Source of the DNA: Halalkalibacterium halodurans
GTDB taxonomy: Bacteria > Bacillota > Bacilli > Bacillales > Bacillaceae_D
Direction: 5' to 3'
Length of the DNA stretch: 19,071 nt
Assembly: GCF_004376175.1 (NCBI RefSeq)
Contig: NZ_SNUY01000053.1
Span: 10,810 to 29,880, forward strand
Shown here in pieces: positions 1-7,083 of the stretch. The position numbers and the translations under genes are program-made. The notes under the pieces are model-generated. The model did not search any database and was not told where the DNA came from. It saw only the letters and a program-made list of their open reading frames with translations. Position 1 is the first letter of the stretch. Each line of letters starts with the position of its first letter.

Positions 1-894
1 GACCTTGATTCGATCAGTATTTCTCAACTTTCACGACGATTAAATGGGATGAATCCAGATTTATTCCAACGGCTTTTCCTTGATTTGGTCGCACAAATTC
101 ATGCCAAAACACATTACACCAAACTCGTCATGCCGTTAAAAATCATTGATTCCAGCACATTGCCACTGAATTTGACCAACCATAAATGGGCAGAGTTCCG
201 CAAAACAAAAGCAGGAGTGAAACTACATTTGCGCCTTGTTTTTATGGAAAAAGGGATCTCCTATCCTGAAAAGGCTGTGCTCACAACGGCAAAAGAACAT
301 GATCGTGGTCAACTAGAAATCATGGTAGACGACAAAGAATGCATGTATGTGTTTGACCGTGGCTATCTAGACTATGAACGCTTTGATCGCATGACAGATG
401 ATGGTTACTTTTTTCTATCTAGACTCCGTAAAAACGCAGTCATACGAGAAGTTTACGAATTTAAACTACCCGAGAATTCGACTATTCTATCCGATCAAAT
501 GGTGTTGATTGGTACAACTCAAAACCGCTCGGAGAACTACTTTCGTCTTCTAAGAGTGATTGATTCAAAAGGAAATGAACTTCAGTTACTGACAAATCGT
601 TTCGATTTGAGTGCCGAAGAAATTTCAGAGATGTATAAATCACGCTGGGCCATTGAGTTGTTTTTCAAATGGATTAAGCAGCATCTCAGTATCAAAAAAT
701 TCTACGGTCAAAGTGAATGGGCGATCCACAATCAAGTGTTTATTGCATTAATCGTTTTTTGCCTCCATGTTCTCGTACAACTCGAGACGAAAAGCAAGCG
801 AAAAACCTTACAAATTAGTCGTTATCTAAGAGCTGCTTTGTGGAAGCCAGCGTATATTTGGCTTCGAAAAATCGAAGGGAAAACCATTCCTTAA
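1..894 (+). CDS. IS4-family DDE transposase, 5' end cut by the window edge
   Basis: Frame 1 is open from nt 1: DLDSISISQLSRRLNG precedes the listed Met at 49. Stop at 892-894. DDE_Tnp_1-type motifs are present: IIDSSTLPL, VFDRGY, and the Y-x2-R-x3-E-x6-K signature YKSRWAIELFFKWIK. Confidence 0.85.
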   Translation, partial: DLDSISISQLSRRLNGMNPDLFQRLFLDLVAQIHAKTHYTKLVMPLKIIDSSTLPLNLTNHKWAEFRKTKAGVKLHLRLVFMEKGISYPEKAVLTTAKEHDRGQLEIMVDDKECMYVFDRGYLDYERFDRMTDDGYFFLSRLRKNAVIREVYEFKLPENSTILSDQMVLIGTTQNRSENYFRLLRVIDSKGNELQLLTNRFDLSAEEISEMYKSRWAIELFFKWIKQHLSIKKFYGQSEWAIHNQVFIALIVFCLHVLVQLETKSKRKTLQISRYLRAALWKPAYIWLRKIEGKTIP

Positions 895-1030
895 TAAATA
901 AACTGTCGTCGTCGTAAATGTCTAATTGTAAATAAATTTCCAAATGGATGGAACCACCTTTACTTGGGTATTTACCTTTTTGGCTCTAAACAGGAAGAAC
1001 TTTAAAACTGAAAATTCAGTCAGTATTTAT
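1..1030 (+). mobile_element. Partial IS4-family insertion sequence; right boundary approximate and undetermined
   Basis: Contains the transposase gene. The left end lies outside the window, so no terminal inverted-repeat pair can be matched. The right end is placed loosely before the terminator hairpin at 1079. Confidence 0.4.
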
Positions 1031-1078
1031 GCAACACTAGTGTTTCGATAGATAAAACTTTTTTCTTTACTTGCCATT

Positions 1079-1126
1079 AAAAAAGATCGGAATCTACGCC
1101 CTCAGGACGAATTCAGATCTTTTTTT
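1079..1126. terminator. Imperfect hairpin flanked by A6 and T7; candidate bidirectional terminator for the end of the sugar ABC operon and the IS side
   Basis: aaaaaaGATCgGAAT...ATTCaGATCttttttt with an additional inner CG/CC pairing. It lies 88 nt downstream of the permease stop on the minus strand. Confidence 0.5.
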
Positions 1127-1213
1127 CATTTAAGTCTATACTTCTCATTTTGTTGTAAATGCCCGACCAATAATGAATCGGTATTGTTATGAACGACAAT
1201 CAATGTGGCTTGC

Positions 1214-2188
1214 CTACTTCTTCTGTCTGTTTTTTCTCGTATCAATGTAAACAGCTGAAACGATGATGGCCCCTTTGACAATTTGCTGCCAGTAAGAGCT
1301 TACTCCTAGGAGATCCAGTCCATTGTTCATTACGCCAATAATGAGAGCACCGATTATCGTTCCACCGACCGTTCCAATTCCACCAAACAGACTCGTTCCA
1401 CCGATAACGGCTGAAGCAATCGCATCGAGCTCAAACATGACACCCGCTTGCGGCTGACCGGACGAAATTCTTGACGTTAAGATGATTCCGGCAATCCCTG
1501 CTAAAAGACCAGCATACGAATAAACGAACATCTTCACTCGACTTACATTAATCCCTGCTGTAATGGCTGCTTGCTCATTCCCACCAATGGCATAAATGTA
1601 TTTTCCGTATTTTGTTTTATTAAGCAAAACCCATGTCACGATACCAACGAAGGCAAAAATGAGAACAGGTACAGGGATTCCGAAGATCACACCTTGACCG
1701 ATAAAAGCGAACTTCTCATTTAATCCTCCGATTGGTCGTCCATCACTGTAGAGCATGGCCGCTCCCCTTGCCGCTGTCATCATCCCTAGCGTGACGATAA
1801 ACGGTGCAAGCATCGCTTTCGCTACTAATGTCCCGTTAATAAGACCGATAAGCAGCCCGACGCCAACTCCCATTAAAATCGGTAGCATGATTGAATCGCC
1901 TTGAGCAAAGCTAGCTACGACAACGGAAACGAGAGCGATAAGAGAACCTGAAGATAAATCGATTCCTTTCGTGATGATAATCGGTGTAACGCCGATAGCG
2001 AGAATACCGATTATCGACATCTGTCTAACGATATTTACTAAGTTTGTCGATGTTAAAAAGTGTGGTGTTAAAATAGACATTAACGCGATGAGTAATATCA
2101 AAATTAGAAAAATTCCGTACTTTTTAAGGATATGCTTCGCGATTTCTTTTGTTTGACTAGATTTATTTCTCTCTATCTCTAGACTCAT
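1214..2188 (-). CDS. Ribose-type (CUT2) sugar ABC transporter permease, RbsC-like
   Basis: 324 aa, multi-pass hydrophobic protein with the BPD_transp_2-type motif [27 protein letters not shown] lies upstream of the ATG. Last gene of the SBP-ATPase-permease operon. Confidence 0.9.
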   Translation of the reverse strand: MSLEIERNKSSQTKEIAKHILKKYGIFLILILLIALMSILTPHFLTSTNLVNIVRQMSIIGILAIGVTPIIITKGIDLSSGSLIALVSVVVASFAQGDSIMLPILMGVGVGLLIGLINGTLVAKAMLAPFIVTLGMMTAARGAAMLYSDGRPIGGLNEKFAFIGQGVIFGIPVPVLIFAFVGIVTWVLLNKTKYGKYIYAIGGNEQAAITAGINVSRVKMFVYSYAGLLAGIAGIILTSRISSGQPQAGVMFELDAIASAVIGGTSLFGGIGTVGGTIIGALIIGVMNNGLDLLGVSSYWQQIVKGAIIVSAVYIDTRKNRQKK

Positions 2189-2216
2189 GGTATCCTTCCT
2201 CCATTCTGTTCATACA

Positions 2217-3785
2217 TCAACCGATCTCTATCTTATTGGCTGTAACCGTTTGTTCGAAATTGTTATAAACGTGAAGCTTTTTCGCCATTTTTGCTTGGCC
2301 TGTCGCATATTGCATAATCTTCTCCTGGTTCGCTTCCTCCCGTGTGAGCTCCCCGGTAACCTTCCCTTCATGCATAACCAAAATTCGATCACACAACCCA
2401 AGAATTTCTGCCATCTCTGATGATACAACAACGATTGCTTTCCCTTGACTCGCTAATTCAAAGATTAAATTGTAAAATTCTGATTTTGCCCCTACATCGA
2501 TTCCTCGAGTCGGTTCATCGAGAAACAAAATATCTGGGTTTTTTAAAAGCCATCTAGCAAGCAAGACTTTCTGTTGATTACCCCCGCTCAGATTTTCAAC
2601 GATCTGTTCAATGGACGGAGTTTTGATGTAGAGCTTTTGTTTTTGTTGCTCGCAATCTTTTTTCACTCGTTTTCCATTAAGCCAACCCATGTTAATGTAT
2701 TTATCGATATTGACAGTGATCATGTTCTCCCTAACCGACAAGGGAAGAAATAAACCTGTCAACTTGCGGTCCTCCGTTAAAAAACCCATATTGTTCTTCA
2801 CAGCATCCTGCGGGCTCTTTATTCTAGCTTTTTGCCCGTTTACAAAAATTTCCCCTGATTCAGCTTCCTTGACGCCGAAGATCGTCTCAAGCACTTCGGT
2901 TCTTCCTGAACCCATTAAGCCTGCAAATCCAACAATTTCTCCTTTCCGGACTTCAAAGCTAACGTCTTCAAAGTAGTCTTGTTTTGTTAGGCTTTTTACG
3001 GAAAGGATCACTTCGCCAAGCTTCGGTTCAGGTTTATCAAAAATTTGGTTCAATTCGCGACCGACCATCATTTTAATCAAGTCATCTCTCGTTAAGTTTT
3101 TCGCTGTATCCGTACCAATGTACTTGCCATCACGAAAAACAGAAATGTCATCAGCAACTTCATCCAGTTCGCTCATTTTATGAGTAATGTATATAATGCC
3201 AACACCTTTCTTTTTCAATGATTCAATCATTTTGAAAAGCTGTGCTACTTCCTTTTCTGTGATGGCAGATGTCGGCTCATCCATAATGACAAGCTTTGAA
3301 TGAAAAGATATGGCTTTCGCGATTTCAATCATTTGCGTATTGGCTATGCTAAGCTCGCCCATCTTTTTTCTTGGATCGATGTTTATCTCTAAACTTTCTA
3401 ACAAATTCCGTGTCATTTCTATTAGTTTTTTATTGTCTACGAGCCCACTCTTTCCAAAGGTAGGCTCTCTGCCTAAAAATATATTTTCTGCTACTGTCAT
3501 CTCTGGAATTGGACTTAACTCTTGATGGATCATCGATATCCCTTTATCGAGAGCGTCGTTAATACTGTTAAACGTCACTTCCTCACCATCAAAAATAATT
3601 TTTCCCTCGTTCGGTTTGTACATGCCGATTAAGATTTTCATTAACGTTGATTTCCCAGCGCCATTTTCCCCCATTAATGCATGGACGGAGCCTTTTCTCA
3701 CTTTTAATTGAACCCGATCGAGCGCCTTCACGCCGGGGAATTCCTTTGTGATGTCTACCATTTCTAATAAAAAATGTTCACCCAT
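2217..3785 (-). CDS. Sugar ABC transporter ATP-binding protein with duplicated NBDs, RbsA-like
   Basis: Two NBDs. NBD1: Walker A GENGAGKST, Walker B LVIMDEPTSAI. NBD2: GLMGSGRTE, signature LSGGNQQK, Walker B ILFLDEPTRGID. Start moved to Met8 of the ORF (ATG 3785-3783) because GGGAGG sits 7 nt upstream. Resulting protein is 522 aa. Confidence 0.9.
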   Translation of the reverse strand: MGEHFLLEMVDITKEFPGVKALDRVQLKVRKGSVHALMGENGAGKSTLMKILIGMYKPNEGKIIFDGEEVTFNSINDALDKGISMIHQELSPIPEMTVAENIFLGREPTFGKSGLVDNKKLIEMTRNLLESLEINIDPRKKMGELSIANTQMIEIAKAISFHSKLVIMDEPTSAITEKEVAQLFKMIESLKKKGVGIIYITHKMSELDEVADDISVFRDGKYIGTDTAKNLTRDDLIKMMVGRELNQIFDKPEPKLGEVILSVKSLTKQDYFEDVSFEVRKGEIVGFAGLMGSGRTEVLETIFGVKEAESGEIFVNGQKARIKSPQDAVKNNMGFLTEDRKLTGLFLPLSVRENMITVNIDKYINMGWLNGKRVKKDCEQQKQKLYIKTPSIEQIVENLSGGNQQKVLLARWLLKNPDILFLDEPTRGIDVGAKSEFYNLIFELASQGKAIVVVSSEMAEILGLCDRILVMHEGKVTGELTREEANQEKIMQYATGQAKMAKKLHVYNNFEQTVTANKIEIG

Positions 3786-3818
3786 GTATAGTCCTCCCAT
3801 ATCCATAGGATTACTAGT

Positions 3819-3853
3819 CGTGAAAGGAAACCGAATAACAGCTTCCTTTCACG
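3819..3853 (-). other. Intercistronic perfect 11-bp stem-loop between the SBP and ATPase genes
   Basis: cgtgaaaggaa (3819-3829) pairs perfectly with ttcctttcacg (3843-3853); 13-nt loop. There is no U-run after it on the minus strand, so it is not a canonical terminator. Confidence 0.6.
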
Positions 3854-3867
3854 CTTTCCGTATTAGA

Positions 3868-4839
3868 TTAATATTTCGCCTCGTACTCTTCCACATTTTC
3901 TGGCGTGACAAGTTCGTATGGAATCATAGCATCTTCCACATCTTCTCCATTGGCTGCCTGTACAGCAACCTTTACACTCGTTGCCCCTTGCCCTTTAGCA
4001 TCTTGGAAAACCGTAACATCAAGCTTTCCTTCCTTCATGGCTTCAAGGGCTGCCGGGGTTGCATCAATACCTGCGACAATGACGTCATCCAGTTTACCTA
4101 CAGCCTCTAACGCAAGAATTGCTCCAAGGGCCATTTCATCATTGTTCGCTACAACTGCATCAATTTCCGTCCCAGAGTTCAGCCAGTTTTCCATTAATCT
4201 CATACCTTCTGAGCGATCAAACTTCGCCGTTCCTTGTAAAACCACTTCTAGACCATCATGTTCTTCAATAATCTGCTTGTTCCCTTCAGTCCGCATGATT
4301 TGCGCTTCATGGCCTAGTTCTCCATCCATGATGGCAATATTACCCTCGTTATTTAAAAGCTTGGCTACTTCCTCCATTTGTAATAACCCAGACTGAATCG
4401 ATTCAGAACCTACAAATGCAGTTGCTTGATCTACTCCATCAAACGTTCGGTTGGCGATAATGATTGGAATTCCCGCATCATTAACCATGTTCACGATATC
4501 GACTGCAGAGGTCGTATCAACTGGATTAACGATAATGGCGTCCACATTACGAGAGATGAAGTTTTCTACTTGAGCCATCTGTTGCGTACTATCATTTTGA
4601 GCATCACTGAAAATGAATTCAAAGTCTGGGTAATTGGCAGCTTCTTCCTTCATTGCATCCTGCATGTATGTTAAAAACTCATCTAAGTTAGAAATGGATA
4701 CTCCGATTACTTTTTGTCCCGAATCCCCGGTTGATTCTCCATTCCCATCTCCGCTCGTTTCGCCCCCACTTCCACAAGCGGCTAATAGTAAAGACATCAA
4801 AATACTAAAAGCGATAAGTATGGTTTTATTTTTTTTCAT
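3868..4839 (-). CDS. Sugar ABC transporter substrate-binding lipoprotein, RbsB-like (Peripla_BP_1 type)
   Basis: 323 aa. Signal peptide with lipobox MKKNKTILIAFSILMSLLLAAC. The body resembles ribose/galactose-family periplasmic binding proteins (NPVD, ANNDEMALGA motifs). RBS GGGGGA lies 7 nt upstream of the ATG. Confidence 0.9.
   Translation of the reverse strand: MKKNKTILIAFSILMSLLLAACGSGGETSGDGNGESTGDSGQKVIGVSISNLDEFLTYMQDAMKEEAANYPDFEFIFSDAQNDSTQQMAQVENFISRNVDAIIVNPVDTTSAVDIVNMVNDAGIPIIIANRTFDGVDQATAFVGSESIQSGLLQMEEVAKLLNNEGNIAIMDGELGHEAQIMRTEGNKQIIEEHDGLEVVLQGTAKFDRSEGMRLMENWLNSGTEIDAVVANNDEMALGAILALEAVGKLDDVIVAGIDATPAALEAMKEGKLDVTVFQDAKGQGATSVKVAVQAANGEDVEDAMIPYELVTPENVEEYEAKY
4393..4406. 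promoter_or_regulatory. Perfect 14-bp palindrome CTGAATCGATTCAG inside the SBP gene; possible auxiliary operator
   Basis: Self-complementary over all 14 nt. It shares the AATCGATT core with the three upstream operator-like sites. Confidence 0.3.
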
Positions 4840-4879
4840 TCTCAGTTCCCCCTTAACGGTTCAATTGATTTCTCGTTTC

Positions 4880-4893
4880 TGCAATCGATTACA
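4880..4893 (-). promoter_or_regulatory. cre/LacI-family operator-like site in the leader of the sugar operon
   Basis: The minus strand reads TGTAATCGATTGCA, one mismatch to the cre consensus TGWAANCGNTNWCA. It lies 41-54 nt upstream of the SBP start codon. Confidence 0.5.
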
Positions 4894-4930
4894 TTTCCAT
4901 CCATTCTAACTTACAATTTATTTGGGTATA

Positions 4931-4941
4931 ATCACCTCCTT
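4931..4941 (-). promoter_or_regulatory. Orphan strong Shine-Dalgarno-like element in the 5' leader; STAB-SD-like candidate
   Basis: The minus strand reads AAGGAGGTGAT, an 11-nt match to the canonical anti-SD complement. No ATG/GTG/TTG lies 5-12 nt downstream (TATACCCAAATAA follows). Confidence 0.35.
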
Positions 4942-4980
4942 ATCCAATCAAAAGAACTAAGTTTATTCATTAAAAGATTT

Positions 4981-4994
4981 TGAAATCGATTACA
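4981..4994. promoter_or_regulatory. Perfect-consensus cre (CcpA-type) site downstream of the predicted promoter
   Basis: TGAAATCGATTACA matches TGWAANCGNTNWCA at all defined positions. It lies about +21 to +34 relative to the predicted transcription start. Confidence 0.6.
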
Positions 4995-5022
4995 AAAAGG
5001 TGGAATTCAAGTTGTTACGCTT

Positions 5023-5051
5023 ATATTACAACACCCTCTCATTTTTGTAAA
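5023..5051 (-). promoter_or_regulatory. Sigma-A-type promoter of the sugar ABC operon
   Basis: Minus strand: TTTACA (5051-5046), 17 nt, TAATAT (5028-5023). This predicts a leader of about 175 nt. Confidence 0.5.
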
Positions 5052-5137
5052 CGCTTTTATACAGAATTTTTTTAATAATTACTACCCTTACTTTCTTAAT
5101 TTATTGACTAAACGATTACTTTTTACTAGACAAACCG

Positions 5138-5164
5138 AAAAAGAGAGGGTTACCCTCTCTTTTT
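5138..5164. terminator. Bidirectional intrinsic terminator
   Basis: aaaaAGAGAGGGttaCCCTCTCTtttt: 8-bp GC-rich stem flanked by an A-run and a T-run. It is downstream of the AKR remnant on the minus strand. Confidence 0.7.
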
Positions 5165-5172
5165 CACTAAAA

Positions 5173-5186
5173 TGAAATCGATTTAG
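5173..5186. promoter_or_regulatory. Third AATCGATT-core operator-like site
   Basis: TGAAATCGATTTAG contains the perfect 10-bp palindrome AAATCGATTT, with two mismatches to the cre consensus. It lies between the terminator at 5138-5164 and the AKR pseudogene stop. Confidence 0.35.
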
Positions 5187-5692
5187 TTATGGATGGAACA
5201 ATTGATCAATTTGTCTTATTTCCTCATCGGTTAGCTGCACTTTAAGTGTTTTTAAGTTGTCCAACACTTGCTCGCTATGTTTCGCCCCAGGAATCAAAAC
5301 ATCAATGGCCTCTTGTGTCAAATACCATGCAAGGACGAGATGTACCACTTCCGTTTGTTTCGCGTCGGCTAGTTTCCGAAGTTGGTTAACTTTTTTTAAA
5401 TGGTTTATAAACGCTTCCCCTTGAAGATGCGGCAAACTTGCACGAAAATCATGGAACGTGGTGTCTTCGTTATTTTTTCCTGCTAATAGACCAGATGCAA
5501 GCGGAAAAAATGGAATGAATGAAATGCCATTTTTTCTTGAGTAAGGGAGGAAATCTTGTTCAGCTTCCCGCTGAATCAATTGTAATTTCCTTGAAATACG
5601 TCAACATACCGTCCTCTAGCTTCGAGCAGTTCATTGTCCGATAGTAGGTTTCGTCGGGTATGTTCTTTCTCCGTTACAAGACTGAGATACAT
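5187..5692 (-). pseudogene. Aldo-keto reductase (YhdN-like) remnant: 5' half missing plus a frameshift
   Basis: The listed 130-aa ORF (5187-5579) is only the C-terminal third of an AKR (FIPFFPLASGLLAGK, LAWYL, IPGAK). Upstream, another frame reads ...ELLEARGRYVDVFQGNYN then TGA (5692-5576). This joins to LIQREAE only if one T is restored in AATTG. No N-terminal AKR catalytic region exists before the terminator at 5707. Confidence 0.75.
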
Positions 5693-5706
5693 TTAATATA
5701 CCATGC

Positions 5707-5738
5707 AAAAAAGACACCACTATATAGTTAGTGACGTC
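5707..5738 (-). terminator. Intrinsic terminator of the 121-aa/179-aa gene pair
   Basis: Minus-strand RNA: GACGUCACUA-ACUAUA-UAGUGGUGUC, a 10-bp stem including two G-U pairs, followed by UUUUUU. Confidence 0.7.
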
Positions 5739-5783
5739 CTTTAGTCCTTTAACATTGTGTATTTCTCGTGTTACATCTAACTT

Positions 5784-6323
5784 TTAGTTGTCAAAGATTT
5801 CATCGATTAGTTCGTTCAAGGACATATCACTGTCAACCTCAAACGTACCAGGCTTTAGCTTATTGGCAAGTCCACGATCTTCTACACGCTTTGAAAATTC
5901 GCTAGCTTTTTCAATGATGCTCGCTCGTTCGAGGGCCTGTCCAACATCGATGCTTGTCATCCCTGGAGAGACGGTTAAAATCGTCCGGTAAACAACTGAA
6001 CGGTCCTCTTCGGCCTCTTCCTCATCTGTCGTCTCTTCTTCTTCAGGCGCTTCTTCTTCCACTTCTTGGTCCGCAAGCAATTCTTCCATTTCTTGTTCTA
6101 CACGAATATTCGCAGCTGTACTTACTTCGACTTCCCATTCTTCTTCGGTTTGCACGACATAACCTTCAGCCTCTAGTAATGCCCGCATTTCTTCGAACGT
6201 TAAGTCATTAGAAGGTCCCGCTGCTTGTCCTTCCTGATCTCCAGAAAAATAATAGACTGCCCCGCACAGTCCAGCAGCAATAAGGATTCCCCCTGCAAAG
6301 CTTCGCATCGCATTAGGCGTCAT
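5784..6323 (-). CDS. Hypothetical membrane-anchored protein with a polyacidic linker and a C-terminal YceG/MltG-N-terminal-like (LysM-like) domain
   Basis: 179 aa. N-terminal TM FAGGILIAAGLCGAVYYF. Acidic tract EEEAPEEEETTDEEEAEED. The C-terminus ILTVSPGMTSIDVGQALERASII...LKPGTFEVDSDMSLNELIDEI resembles the non-catalytic N-terminal domain of MltG/YceG (from memory). RBS GGGAGG lies 10 nt upstream. The start overlaps the upstream gene by 11 nt. Confidence 0.7.
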   Translation of the reverse strand: MTPNAMRSFAGGILIAAGLCGAVYYFSGDQEGQAAGPSNDLTFEEMRALLEAEGYVVQTEEEWEVEVSTAANIRVEQEMEELLADQEVEEEAPEEEETTDEEEAEEDRSVVYRTILTVSPGMTSIDVGQALERASIIEKASEFSKRVEDRGLANKLKPGTFEVDSDMSLNELIDEIFDN

Positions 6324-6678
6324 GAACTACTTGCCTCCCTTCTTCTACAAATGGTGCAATTAAACGCTCAACCTCTTGCTCAGGCTGCTGAACTTTCGTC
6401 GCAATACTCTCAATTGAGTAGCCTCTTTGATGTAAGTCGAGCACTTGGCGAACGAGTTGGCGTTCCTCCGAGCTTCGCTTGACCCCTGCTTCTGCAGCTG
6501 TGATCTCATTGTCAAGCTCTATTTGACGAATCTGTTTTTGCAGCTCTTGAATCTCTTCCATTAAAGAAACGGAAAATCGCTCCAATTGCTCATCTTGTTT
6601 TTTCGTCTGGTCAGTAAAAAACGAAGCAACAAGTAAACCAATCGCTACGACAAACAAAATGACCAATATCCACTCCAT
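6313..6678 (-). CDS. Hypothetical single-pass membrane protein with a coiled-coil and a C-terminal HTH-like segment
   Basis: 121 aa. N-terminal TM WILVILFVVAIGLLVASFF. Heptad-like EEIQELQKQIRQIELDNEI. C-terminal LVRQVLDLHQRGYSIESIATKV. RBS AAAGGAGGG. Confidence 0.7.
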   Translation of the reverse strand: MEWILVILFVVAIGLLVASFFTDQTKKQDEQLERFSVSLMEEIQELQKQIRQIELDNEITAAEAGVKRSSEERQLVRQVLDLHQRGYSIESIATKVQQPEQEVERLIAPFVEEGRQVVHDA

Positions 6679-6722
6679 TTTCCTGTCCCTCCTTTACGAC
6701 TTTTTAACCCCACCAATCTACC

Positions 6723-6751
6723 ATTATACATGGGATTTAAAGAAAATTCGA
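6723..6751 (-). promoter_or_regulatory. Extended -10 promoter for the 121-aa/179-aa pair
   Basis: Minus strand: TCGAAT, 17 nt, then TATAAT with TG occupying the last two spacer positions directly abutting the hexamer (TGTATAAT at 6730-6723; the canonical extended -10 is TGnTATAAT). The -35 is weak. Confidence 0.45.
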
Positions 6752-6888
6752 TTCCTTTCATCATTTCTCATCACAATCGTTCTTTTGATCTATTCTTCCT
6801 CGCTTTAAAAGGGGGCTCAAGAAAGAAGAATGTTAGAATTTGTCGGAGTTTCGTTGTTTTTGCGCTTGCCTGGGAAATGTTCCTCCCA

Positions 6889-7083
6889 TTATTTCGTCCA
6901 TCCAGGCTCATACGTGTAAATGACGCCCCCACCCCTCTGGGCATTGCCACGAAAGGATTTCATGTCCTCTTGTTCAGCTAACACTTGACGGAAGATGAGA
7001 AAATCGTTTTTTTCAATACGAACAGACTCAAGCTCACCGTCTCTTAGCTGCTGAAGTAACAGCTTTGCTTGGTCGTTACTCAT
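6889..7083 (-). CDS. Small conserved hypothetical protein (64 aa)
   Basis: RBS GAAGGAGG lies 6 nt upstream. The start overlaps the stop of the upstream zinc-finger gene in ATGA. Soluble, charged composition. I do not recognise the family. Confidence 0.65.
   Translation of the reverse strand: MSNDQAKLLLQQLRDGELESVRIEKNDFLIFRQVLAEQEDMKSFRGNAQRGGGVIYTYEPGWTK

Noticed and set aside
924-953. Collinear inverted matches between the IS-proximal region (aattgtaa 924-931, aatggatggaa 943-953) and the SBP leader (ttacaatt 4911-4918, ttccatccatt 4895-4905). They might mark IS ends flanking the sugar cassette as a composite transposon.
   Set aside because: An 11-mer match in either orientation is expected dozens of times by chance in a 19-kb window, and the adjacent 8-mer adds only marginal support. 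There is no extended alignment and no second transposase. Dot-plot or BLASTN self-comparison would settle it.
943-1053. 36-codon plus-strand ORF (MDGTTFTWVFTFLALNRKNF...) downstream of the transposase
   Set aside because: No RBS is present. It lies in the presumed IS terminal or flanking region and has no recognisable similarity.
1108-1117. The 10-mer cgaattcaga is shared between 1108-1117 and 18999-19008, which might hint at related IS ends at both window edges
   Set aside because: It is well within chance expectation for a 10-mer in 19 kb, and the flanking sequence does not align.
3786-3806. N-terminal extensions of four track ORFs: ATPase 3786-3806, zinc-finger 7407-7520, ccdC 11338-11418, sirA 16203-16289
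   Set aside because: Internal starts have proper Shine-Dalgarno sequences at 6-10 nt and give lengths and N-termini matching the protein families. The extensions contain candidate promoters instead.
4842-4904. 20-codon upstream ORF (MDGNVIDCRNEKSIEPLRGN) in the sugar-operon leader. It ends 2 nt before the SBP ATG and spans the operator at 4880-4893.
   Set aside because: No Shine-Dalgarno lies within range of its ATG; the strong SD at 4931-4941 is 26 nt away. It is retained only as something ribosome profiling could revisit.
1971-4909. Plus-strand ORFs from the track lying opposite the sugar ABC genes (1971-2156, 2187-2420, 2689-2976, 3310-3525, 3748-4110, 3905-4396, 4426-4674, 4634-4909), plus minus-strand 2228-2431
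   Set aside because: All lie antisense to, or out of frame within, long genes that have clear family motifs. They lack RBSs and have shadow-ORF composition (Ser/Pro/Thr/Ile-rich, low complexity).
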